Of a stretch of DNA of 64,000 nt, positions 10,966 through 22,200 are shown in pieces; the first letter of the stretch is position 1, and each line of letters opens with the position of its first letter. Under the pieces are notes generated by a model. It had not been told where the DNA came from. It searched no databases and saw nothing but the letters and a program-made list of their open reading frames with translations. Source of the stretch: Klebsormidium nitens (lineage: Eukaryota > Plantae > Klebsormidiophyceae); assembly GCA_000708835.1 (NCBI GenBank), contig DF237358.1:1-64000 (forward strand). The letters are read 5' to 3'. Position numbers and translations under genes: made by a program.

Positions 10966-13900
10966 TTACAAACGTGATCTCAGCGGCTTGCTTGGTTCGA
11001 CTCCATCATCTTTCTCCTTGACCTTGCTTGGGAAAAGCGCGGGATCCTTTTCGACGTCTGAACTAAGTGCGCCCTTCACCCGCACGCTTGGATCCAATCG
11101 GATCAGCCCTTCTTGAGCGGTGGACACAACCAGCTCCCCACTCCGGGTGTACATTCTACCCAAGCAGAAACCACGGGAGCCAGAGGAGCGTGGGCTCTCC
11201 ACCTAAGTGGAGGACGGAAACGGAAATGATCAGAAAATCGACAGACAATTTGGCGTGGATGACGTTTTTGGCATGAGGATTGCTGGCCCCGATTCGGCAC
11301 CACTTTGATCGTCTGACCCCCTCCAATGATTCAATTTGCCAGCGTTCTCCTAGCAGGCCTGGGCCTGTTCACCCCCGATTCAAACGTACTTGCAAGCGCC
11401 ATCTATTCAAAAGACCCCCACGCAGTCCCGAGGTTGGGCCCCCCTACCCGGACCAACTCCGACAAGCAGCTACACGTCGTTCATAAGCTAGAGCAGTTCT
11501 TCAAAAGGCCCCACAAAACAAAACCTCAGGTTTCGTGTCAACAGAAATAGGTGAAGACAGCCAGCGATTCGCAGGTTGGCTTTCACTGAATACGTTGCGA
11601 GGAATGTCCCAATCTGGTATACACCAGGCTCAAAAGAACTTTACCAGCGTTCAATCACCACGATCAGCAATCGTGGTTTCCAATCTACGCGGCCCTCACC
11701 TGGTATACCGTATAAGAGCCAATCGTCAGCCCGAAACCTTCCCGTCAGAGATCCGAATCTGGTGGTAGCCCGAAGTCAGATCAAGACTGGTAAAGTATTT
11801 AGCCCCTACGAATCCAGAGGAATTAAGGTCGTTTCTTGGGTTGGCAAACTACTCATCTACGGGGCCCTCACCTGGTATAAGAGCCAATCGTCGGCCCGGA
11901 ACGGTCGGTGGAACCACATGCTGTGGTCGAGGCTGGCGACCACCAGGCGGCGGTCGGGGATGAGGAAGCCATGCGGCAGAAGTGCCGTCTCCAGGAACGA
12001 GAAGTCGGAGGCGTAGGCCGCGGTCGCTTGATGGAGTGCCGGGTCACTGCCCAGATTGCCTCGGGCGCGCCACCAGATGAGCTGCCTGCACAAGATAAGG
12101 CGGGTCGTAAGTTATTCCCCGGTTTCCGGTCCACCCCGCTCTTGGGTGGGTAGGTCGGTCGGGAAAAAATAATAGTTGGTTTCACGGTAGTATGTTCATA
12201 GAGTGGGGTGATTTTGGGGCAATGTCCATAGTTTTGGCCCGAACTCTGCCTATTTCAAAAGATTGTAAGCCGATTCGACTAATCTGGGGCCGAAAGCGGA
12301 CAAAATAAATAAATCTATTTCAAAATCCTTCGGGTTTTGGGACCGGAAACCAGGATCTGACTTTGAATGCCTAAAAGGCGTCTATTCTTCGGCGTAGTCC
12401 CTCACGCAGTGGCTTTTGGCGTGATTCGGGAGAGGGAAAAAGGACTGAGCTTTCTTTCCTTGCCCTGATGAGCACACTCTCCTCAATCGAGGGGTTTTAG
12501 AAGACTCGAGGTATGGTGACGGCCGCTGCAACGTGTGCAAGTGGATGGTTCTGATCGAACCCAGATTTGGCTTCTGCTTAACGTGTAAAAATATTGCGCC
12601 TAGCTTCGATGCTTCTGGGATTTTCCTTTGGCGGAAACTCCCTTCTTCGTGTTGACCAGACTATTCGACCCGTAAACAATTACTGGCTCCTCAGAGGAGC
12701 AATGTAAGCGTTGGTTCCAGCCCAAAGAGAGTTCAGTGCGTCTTCTTATAGCAACAAAAACAAATGCAGAAGGAATTAAGAGTTTCGCTGTACATTTTCA
12801 ATAGCCGGGTGCTAAGTGTTCGTCCGCTTCCTGTGCCCTCCTGTCTTCAAGCAAACCCCTTCGAAATCCAAACATTTTATCTTCCCTTTCCGTCTTACGT
12901 GCTGCAAGCTCCACTGCCTCTATTCCAACGTCGAGCCTTTGACCTACACATTTCTGACCCTTCAGTACGTTAAGAAACACCCAAAGATGAGAAGAAAGAC
13001 GAATCGGATTAGTAAACTCGCCTGGGCGGCCGAGCCTGGGGCTCCACTCTGTCAATGGCTTCGCAAAACTTCATGTCGATCGCAATGGGTCGCTTCCGCC
13101 GGCGCTTGAAGCGCTCGCGCGCTTCCCTGTTTCAGTCGCACCACAATCAGATGAACTGTGGAAACGGAAGTATTTCTAATCTTCAAGCTTGAAGCGAACA
13201 TAACACAGAAAGGCTCTGACGAATGGGACAGGAAAGTTTGCAGAAATTTTGAAGCTTTGATGCAATCGAGCATTGAGTGGCTCATAAAGCTGGGAAGCCG
13301 TTTCGTGCTGCTTACAGAAGCGTTCGAGAACAGGCAAATGCCGAAGGCGCTGGTTGGAAGATTAGTGCGTTGAGAGTATGCAAATCGATGCTAATCGGCG
13401 GCTCACTTAGAGACACGTGGATCGTTGTAGTACTCCTCCTGAAGCTCCTCCCACGTGGGAACCTGCAGACACGTGCCATTCAGTGAGTGAGAAACTTTTG
13501 CATGGCAGGCTCCAAATGAATGCGTCTGAATGCTTGAATACTGCACAAGCGTCTCCCACACCATCATGATGCACCGGAGAAAAGCGGTAAAGTCGTACAT
13601 TTGCGGAGAAGCAGCAGGCGACAACCTTGAAGGGCGCTCTCATAGCACGAAAGAAAACGAGCAACATCGGAACGAGCGATCAGACGAGCGAACCGGAACA
13701 GTCGAAGGCTAAGAGCGGCGACCGAGACTGGCCGTTTCAATGCTGGGGGCCGCCGGCATCGGGTACTGGTGCTCGAGCCCCTCTTCCGCTCTCTGCAGCC
13801 ACAGGGATCTTGACATGTTTGTGGTGTAAGCGGGTCTAAGAATATGGCCTATTAGGGTTTTAGGGTTTTACGGTTTTGGGGTTTTGGGGTTTTGGGGTTG

Positions 13901-16900
13901 GTCCTCAATACTCAGCAGCCGCGACGCAGCACTCAAAGTGCACATTTCAAGTCCAGGAATGATTTGCAACTGTTGCTATTGATGAACCGCAAGGGAGACT
14001 GGGCACCGTCAGTGCGCGCCAATAGGCCAGCCGGGCGGCAATCTCGCTCGCCCCTTGGCGCCACAATACAGACCGCCCAGCCCTCTCTCTCCACCTTCTT
14101 GCCGGCAGGTTTTGGTGATGGCCGCACATGTTTTCGTCTACGTTGTCTTACAACAACTCGTCGACCCATGCTTTCAGCGTCCCCAGGGGTGTCTACACTT
14201 TCCATACCGTCCCCTCAACTTTCTGAAGCCGTTTAAGCAGCGCGACTTGCATGCACCATCTTGAGATTAGATTGCGCATCGACCAAAAGCCAACTTGGCC
14301 TCCAGTGTTGCCTTTGTAATACCGACAGGTAGAAGGTACGGTACTTTTTCGAGCCATGTTACTCCTCTGGTATGTACCTTGGATTACCACGTGGATCTGA
14401 AAAGCCATCCGATTGCATGGCGGAGAAATCTGGAAAGCTTTTCGCAGCTTTTCGGTCGACGTGCATCCTTCGAGTCGGTTTTGCAGCTCTGAATTTGCTG
14501 ACCTGGAATGACGCATGGAGGCTGAAGATGTTGCGGCCCTTTTGGATTGCAACCACGTGGCGGGTGGCAAAGGACTTGCCGTCCCGGATATGATCCACTC
14601 GGTAGATGATGGGGACTGCGGAAAGAGCGCCAGATAAGCGTCACAAACTCGTCGAAGCGGGCTTTTTTGCCAACTGTAAGCAATTGAGAATGTATGAAAG
14701 CCAATCCTGGCCTCCACTCATAGGTTGATTTAAAAAAGATTATTGCGTACTCATCTGTGGCTCATATGAATTTTGTAACCCCTGCTTCGCTCTACACTTT
14801 TTGAATAAGCAGAATAGGGCATGATTCGACTTGGAGCAGCAGGTGCACTGTTTCTGCTCATCGCAGGGATCGAGCCCCGTCCCATACGACCAACAATGAG
14901 CAAGTAAACACATCTAGTAATAAGTGCACCGAATCACGAAGATGCCAAGCTCGAAGATCAGCTGAGTGTTTGAGGTTCTGTAAAAGAGTCGATTCCCAAA
15001 CAGCTTTTGCCACGCGTTTTCAGAGTCGTATCAATATTTGACCCAACTTTGATTCCTTGAGCACTACCACCAACATCACCACCTCTAAGAGTTCACTAGA
15101 GTTCACTGGCCACGCAACTTCGTACGCTCGTTGATTCCTTTTGCCCGCTCAAAGCAATTGCCTGCCCCACTTCGACAGAGGAGCTTCTGAGTGCAGAGAT
15201 CTACGAGAAGATGGCACCTCTGACGGGAAAGCAAAGCGACCACTCACCGTTTGGGTCGCCGGGGAGGAGAAAGTAGGAGTGCAGGCTGTGTACACCCAGG
15301 GAAGCATCCACCGACTGGCAGGCCGCCCAGAGGCCCTGCCCAAGAAGCTGGCCGCCAAACAATCGGGGGTACAGGTTGCCCTCGGGAATCGTCACCCCCT
15401 GGAAGAAGTCCGCCTGGGCAAGAATCAAGGGAAATACGTTCAACCCCGTTGGTGGAGCAGGAAAACCCATTCTAGCTTTGGCAGATGGAACAGTCTGCTC
15501 ATCGAAGCGCTCAAGAATTCGGACATAATGATCTCAGAACCAGGTCGTCTGATACAGATAGTGTGCATATTGGACTTCTCTTAAAGTGTCATACCAGCCT
15601 AAATACTGGGAGTGCTCAAAATTGGAACCCTGTGGCAAAAGACTAGAAATCGAGTTGCTGTCAAAAAGCGGAAATCTTCAAAGTGGAGGAAACAAATGAA
15701 GAAGAACGACGCCTGTACAAAGAAGCGCAGTTAGCTGCCGGGATCGAGAGAGAAACGTGGAGGAGAGGTTATGTTCCTCACCTCAAGTCTGTCCAGGTGG
15801 AGGATGCGCGCTATGAGCGCTTGCTTCTCGCCCTCTGGTTGGACCACGTGGCTGCTGTCTTCGGACAACAGGTGACAGTGCTCATTGGGAAGTAACAAAA
15901 CGGTGACCTGCACAAGTGGTGAATAGACTGTCAGAGCAGCGCTCATTATTCATGTGACAATACAGGGGCTTTGCAAGATCGTCACAGAATGCTGCAATTC
16001 TGAAGGCCCATAAATGCGTGACGCATCCGTCTATAGAAGTTGATCTTTCAAAATACATGCCGTTGTCTTTTTCCAAATGGAAGCAGAGTACGGTGAACTT
16101 TCTCAAGAACAAGACCAAGCTGATCATCGAGAGTGCACTGGCTCCCGTCCAAAACGGGCTGAAAACACTATGGTCCGGCTGGCTACATGGCGGCCGCCTG
16201 ACAATCTGATCATGGCTTGATTGCTTGCTTGATTGCCAGCTTAAGTACACGTACGTTGGCTTACTGCTGTACAATATTCATGACACGTACTGCAGGGGGA
16301 AAGACACAAACAAGCGTGACATCATCGAGCATACCTCCGTGACCGCAACGACGTCGGCTGAATGGAGATGCTGTTTGGAGAAGTCGGTGGCGCAACTGCC
16401 TTGGCCTCCAAAATGGTCCCCAACCGAGAGGACCAGTGCGGTGTGGTCTGTGCTGCCAACGTGGTTTGGGGCCTGGACAACTCGAACCTGCAAGTGTCCA
16501 TGTAGAGTTAGTCTAAACCAGTTGTGCTTCACACGTTGTGATGGTGGAAATTTGTCAAAATGGAACATAACTAAAGTCGGTTGACAGTGCATTCCTCTAC
16601 AAATTTGCCGAAGTTGACCGGTTCAGAAGTAGCCATACAAAGTAGAGGCGCTTAGCTTTCAGCAACGTCATTGTTTAATGTCTCATTCCCTGGATTCCAA
16701 CTTGCATCTTGTCGAGTCGATGGACCAAACACAAAATCTGCTCCCATGTACTCATGAAGCGCCTACTTGCACCATGTGGGAGATTCGTAACACAATTCCT
16801 CGTTTTCAGACAAGTACACACAGCTAATGTGTCGCCAATTCAACTGCCGCCCACTTCTGGATAGTACACTTTGAAAATAAAGCAGGCTTTGCAGACTCTG

Positions 16901-18012
16901 AAAGCCGAGAAAAGACAATACCAACAGTTCTATCTGGAGCCTGACCTGGCCACTGTGCAAGATGTACAGGCCCCTGCTGGGTGTCCCTTCTTTGGCCAAG
17001 ACCTCCTGAGGTCTGAATGTCAACACCTCAATCCGATCTGCAACCTTTTGGACGCATGCAGGGGGCAGCGCCTGGAGGAGCCGTAGAGAGGCTAGAAACT
17101 TTGCTATAACACCTGCGCAGATGTGAATGATGTCTTTCCTTATGCAAGAACGATCGTCAGCAGGTAGGACGCACGAATACTGTCTGTCCTTGGCTTCCAC
17201 AAACAGTGCAGGAGTTCCAACTCTGTGTTGGAAAGTTTTGTTTGAAAGTTGACCAGCGACCTGTCAGGGATAGCTGCTTTTTGCTACTAACCAGGAACTT
17301 TTGGAAGGAAGTTGCAGTACTCGTGATTCACATAGAAAAATAAGAGCCTATGAGATGCCCTACTCCTTCATGTCCACCCCTTGTATATGACTGAGCAGCA
17401 TTTACACAAAGCTGACAGGGTGACTGCTCAACTTCTTGTATGCTGATCAAAGGGAAGCCAGCAAAGAAAGCTTCTGCAACCAAACCCATGATGAAGATGC
17501 CATTGAACAGTGATGATGGTCACGACTAGACACTTGCGAGAAAGATGGACCCAGGCCCGCCACAAGCAATTTAGGCAGATGAAAAAAAAATAAGAGACTC
17601 GACATTTTACAACAGGAATAGGCAAAGATGTAGACTCAACCGCTTAACCCCAAGGACTAGAAGTCAGCAGGTAAAAGCTCAACGTGGACATGCTCCTAAT
17701 GTCATACCACCAAGTAAAACGGCGCATCATCTGTTGTATCCACCAGCATCAAGGAAAGTGATTCTGCTCAAAGTTTTACTATCCAGTGCGTATCACAATT
17801 ACTGCTCTACTTTCAAAACATGTCAGATACTTGTGATTTCCCTTGCATTATATCATAGCACTCACAGCCCCCTTGTGCAATCCTATCTGTTGCGGAACAT
17901 TCCATTGCTACTGTGGAATTTTTGATCCAGACTGCACAGACAATTCTGAAGTTTGCATGGGCAGCAGATCTTCACGAAAAAAATTACCTTCATCTCCGAT
18001 GCAAATCGCCAT
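10966..18012 (-). CDS. ACH2: Peroxisomal acyl-CoA thioesterase II (TesB family) with N-terminal cNMP-binding domain
   Basis: About 11 exons. cNMP domain ([18 protein letters not shown]); TesB motifs [63 protein letters not shown]; C-terminal SRL (PTS1). Confidence 0.92.
13852..13900 (+). repeat. Degenerate 8-bp TTTTAGGG telomere-like tract inside an intron
   Basis: ttaggg-ttttaggg-ttttacgg-ttttgggg x3. Confidence 0.65.
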
Positions 18013-19249
18013 GTCTGGAGATTCTAGCACCTGAAAAGAGCAGCAGGCCACCCCCGATCAAGGCAAAAAATGCATGATTATTGTTGACACCTCGCAGCTT
18101 GCAGGACCAGATCACTTGGCCCTATGACATACAAGCTGCTCAGCTACGATTATGCATCGTCCTGCACCGCTCTAGTAGCCTTCACAGAGAATCCTAGTCC
18201 TTAAATAGTATTAGTAGGACTTGGAGCAGATTGGGAGCACAGCAGTGGTCAAGCGCATGCATTCACTGTGTTGTCATGCTGACTAGACGGACTGCGGCCG
18301 GCCCGGCCGGCCGCCCGGCGGCCGCCACCAGCGCCATTCCCGGCCGAGTCCTGGTATACGGTCTTGAGTTTTAGGGTTCAATGAGAGGTTTCTATTCAAC
18401 GAGTCATCACTCGACACGTGGCAAGCATCAGCCGGCGGCCCGGCCCGTAGAGCGGGCTGGCGGTCACGGTATGCGATCCCCAGGCCCGTGAAGTGGAGCC
18501 GCTCGGCTGACGACGAGCTTTTGTATACCTAGACTGATTGCTGTTCCATGGATGAAAAGTGCATCACGGTAGGAAGCAATCTGAGCCACAACTTTGGCGC
18601 GCGCATAGGTATACGGCTGCATGATTTCCGCCTTCTGATGGTGTTTCACGCAACGATCTGACGCTGTCAGGCGCATGCCAACGACGAAGCTTCTGGAGCC
18701 AAAACCCGGCCGAAGCTGCAGGCAATTCTGGTCGGATGCCTACCGGGCTTGAGTCCTTTTGGCAGTGGGTTAAAACCAGTCACGCTGGAACTGTTCGGGC
18801 GCAAACGAATCGTCCAAACTCATATCCAGCGGTATTTGTGAAGCAAATACTTCCTAGTACTAGAAACTATACTTTTGGTTTGCTGCGCACCAGGCTGGGG
18901 AGTCACACGTTCAATGCTTTGCTGTGGCCACATGCACGCTCTTTAGATGCTGACATCAACGCGTTCAGAATGTCGACCAATCCTGTCTCTACATGGCTCC
19001 AAAGCGGCGTTCCGAGTTCTTTGATAACAATCAATAAAGAATCGTTTTGAACAACTAGGTATGTAAGCAGAGGTTGATAAGTTGAGATCCTCCGAAAAAT
19101 GATTCGAAGGCGGGCTTGTCGATATACAGTAATCTGAAGATGCGCCTTTCAGTAGCTCTACCATACATGACATATTAAGCATGCGCGGCATTACTCCGCT
19201 ACCCGAACATGTAATCGTCCGTCCTCTTTCTCCTTTGGCCCGAATTCAG

Positions 19250-22200
19250 TTAGTAGAGAAGCGAGTTTTGGGTGTTCTGGTCGAACCGCGTCCATGTTAC
19301 CTGCTTCTTGAGGCTGCTGATCTCTTTCTTCAAGCTGTTTATCTCCTCGAGTACCTGCTCTTTGATCCCCTCAACGCCGCTCATGATTTCTCTCATCATT
19401 TGCATCACTTCAGCGTTCCCCGGCTCCGCTTGCCGGGCCTCCTTCCGCTCGACATCCGCGCTCGGCCCTTCGACGCCGACCTCATCATCCTCAACACTAC
19501 CGCTGCGTGCGATACCTAAAGCTGCCGCCGCTAGTTGCCGCTCTGGCATGCTACCTACTCTCGTCAGTCGCTTCTTCGTATTCAGACCGGCTATGTTATC
19601 CTCGCTTGCGCCTACTTTTCGCAGCCTGAACTCTTGGCCTCGTTTGTATTCCCCGGTCACCTTGGCCAACACCCGGCTCGCCGTGACGAGGCTCCACACC
19701 GAGCTGGAAGGGGCCCCTTGCGGTGTCCGGCGGTCCATATCCTCCACCGGTGACGTCACGCTGACGTGCGCGATCACGAAGATGACGTCGTCGCCCGCCA
19801 CGATGGTGCTCGCCACCGGGTTCGTGCAGACCTGTGAAAAGGCAGTCCGTTGGCAGTCACAAGTCGAGTTGGCGGTCAAGAGTCTTGGTGGCGTTGTAAC
19901 GGATCTTTGGAGAAAGAGATACTGGTTGCAAGCGCGCCGCTCAAAATTAGAAGATACCATCTTCGCTTCTTTTCTGGCCTCGCTGAAACTTCGACGGAGT
20001 CTCATCAGTGAACTTCAGAACGTGTGGTCAAGTACACAATAATTCGTGCGCGTACATTTACTCGCACCAGCATGTGTACGATTGATCCGTAATCACAGGA
20101 TTTCCAGTGCCCTTCTTCCTTTGCCAACACAACGGAGGACCCCAACAGCCATAGCGAACTCTGAGATCAGGAGCAACCCCTATCGTAGATTGCTGAAAAA
20201 CGTCAGCCTTCGCCAATGAGGAAGGTGGGGTAAAGCGCCACGTAGATGTGTCGGGAATGTCGCTATGTACACCTGAAAACGCGTGACGTAATCGATTGCC
20301 CTTCCATTCAAAGTTACAGCCATACGGAGGACGCTCGCAACATTAGTTACCCACCACAATCCTAAAACTTGTTCCAAGTTAACAGCTGACCAGTAACGTC
20401 AGGTCTCCTGATGCAATACGAACGTTTGCGACTCAAGACTCACGGAGAGACGCCCGTCACATCCTCCCGTGCCGGCATAGAATCTGGTGTGCCGCTTGGA
20501 GGCAGACGACTCTGGCTCCTTCCATACCAAGACCAGGCAAAAGATCAAGCTACCAATTGTCGTCCAAAAGGTCAACCTTCACTCACATATGGAAACATCC
20601 CAGTGTTCTCTTCTCCCTGCCGGTACAGCCCGAGACACAGCTGCTTCTCCGTCCGGACCATGTGCGCCACGAGCTCTCCGTACGTCCGGCCGTAGAAGGC
20701 GGGCGGAACCGGAACCTGCCGGATGCAGACGCCCTTGGACGGAAACGTGGGCTGGGATGCGCCGTTACCGACCGGCGACGAACCTTTAACGCCCACCAGT
20801 AACTGATGGAGGATGAGCTGGAGATCGCCGTTGTAGAACGTCTGCAAAGACAATGGCAGACTTCTCGCCTTTCTCCCCTCGTGCATTTGCTTTAACGCTA
20901 TTGGCTCTTCTCCCCTGATGCTGAAGCACTGTCTTTCCTATTTCGCAAACAATCATGAGCATCGAGTCAGTACCGAGACTTGGCTTTATGAAAACTGGCC
21001 TGATACGACAATGCAGAAAGAAGGCGCTTCACTGCGCAGCTTTCTGTACCGAAACCATTCCAGCATGGAGCACCTGACCCTTTTTCGTTGACCGTTTGCC
21101 CAGCTTTTACACTAGAATATGCAGAGCATGATTACACAAACTGCGGACTTCCACCGTCTTTCCAACGGAAACGCGACCCAACATCCGACGCAAAGCTAAA
21201 TTCAAGCGCCGGTGCAAAGTCACCACCTCCCATGCTGCCACGTGGCACATACCTGCGGCAGCAGCCGGTCGAGCATCTGGCCAATGAGAACGCGTCCCGC
21301 CGCGAAAGGCGGCGCGGATTGCGGTTCGTGCGCGGAGATGGCGACAGCGCGCGCCGGGCCCGGCAGGAGGAAAGCCAGGTTTGCGGCGCTGACCAATTCA
21401 CATTGCACCTGAGGAAGAGTGACAGAGTCAGGAATGGATGGGTGTGAACGAGTTGCCGTAGGGTCCCGTTGTACAACGAACACACTACGTCGATTCCTGA
21501 AAGGGAGGGCGCTTCTCTTCCCGTCCTCAAGTCGTAGATGCACCCTTCTCCCTGACTTAGGTTCCTCTTCCTGTAATTGATGATTGCTGCGATTGGTTGT
21601 ATCTCGTGACCCCGACTGCTTCTAATGCATCGGGCAACTCGAGTTTTGTGCGCCAAGTTGCTAGTGGAGAAGAAGAAGCTTGACATGACTTTCGCTGAAA
21701 GAAAAGCACCTAGGAGCCTCTCTCCTCTTGAATGCTCGTCGGTTGAAAGCCTGCAATGTGCAAAATCCGAACAAGAATTTTGCACAAGAAGAAAAAAAAT
21801 GATCTCATCGACCTTCGCTCTAAGTCAAAAACATTCAGTGGCCGGAACGACAGGCCTGGCTTGAGTGGGCTCGGAGTCTCTCAAGCGCTGGATTCATCGC
21901 CTTAAAGAACGACGGCATGAATAGGATGCCCATATCACCATGCAGTCGAGGCACTCCTGTCCGGGTCCGGCCTTTGTACAGATTGACGGCTCTTGGAATA
22001 CTAAACGGATGGGGTCGAAACTACGCTCAAATGTGCGAAAGGAGCCCTCACGTTAAGGATCGAGTTGATTCCCTTGATTTGCTGGACCATGGAGCTATTG
22101 TCTGCATCCAGCACGTACTCGAGGCGCTCCCGTCCGAGTTTGTAACTTTCGAACAAACCGACAAAACTCGAAAATAAGTTGAAACCGACAACACGCCAGG

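Noticed and set aside
12121-12351. 12-bp inverted repeat ggtttccggtcc / ggaccggaaacc as a MITE
   Set aside because: No TSD, and about one such match is expected by chance in 64 kb.
19272-20042. 256-aa plus-strand ORF and similar long antisense ORFs over host exons (also 2051-2716, 23241-23735, 45977-46435)
   Set aside because: Shadow frames of GC-rich coding exons with no independent motifs.
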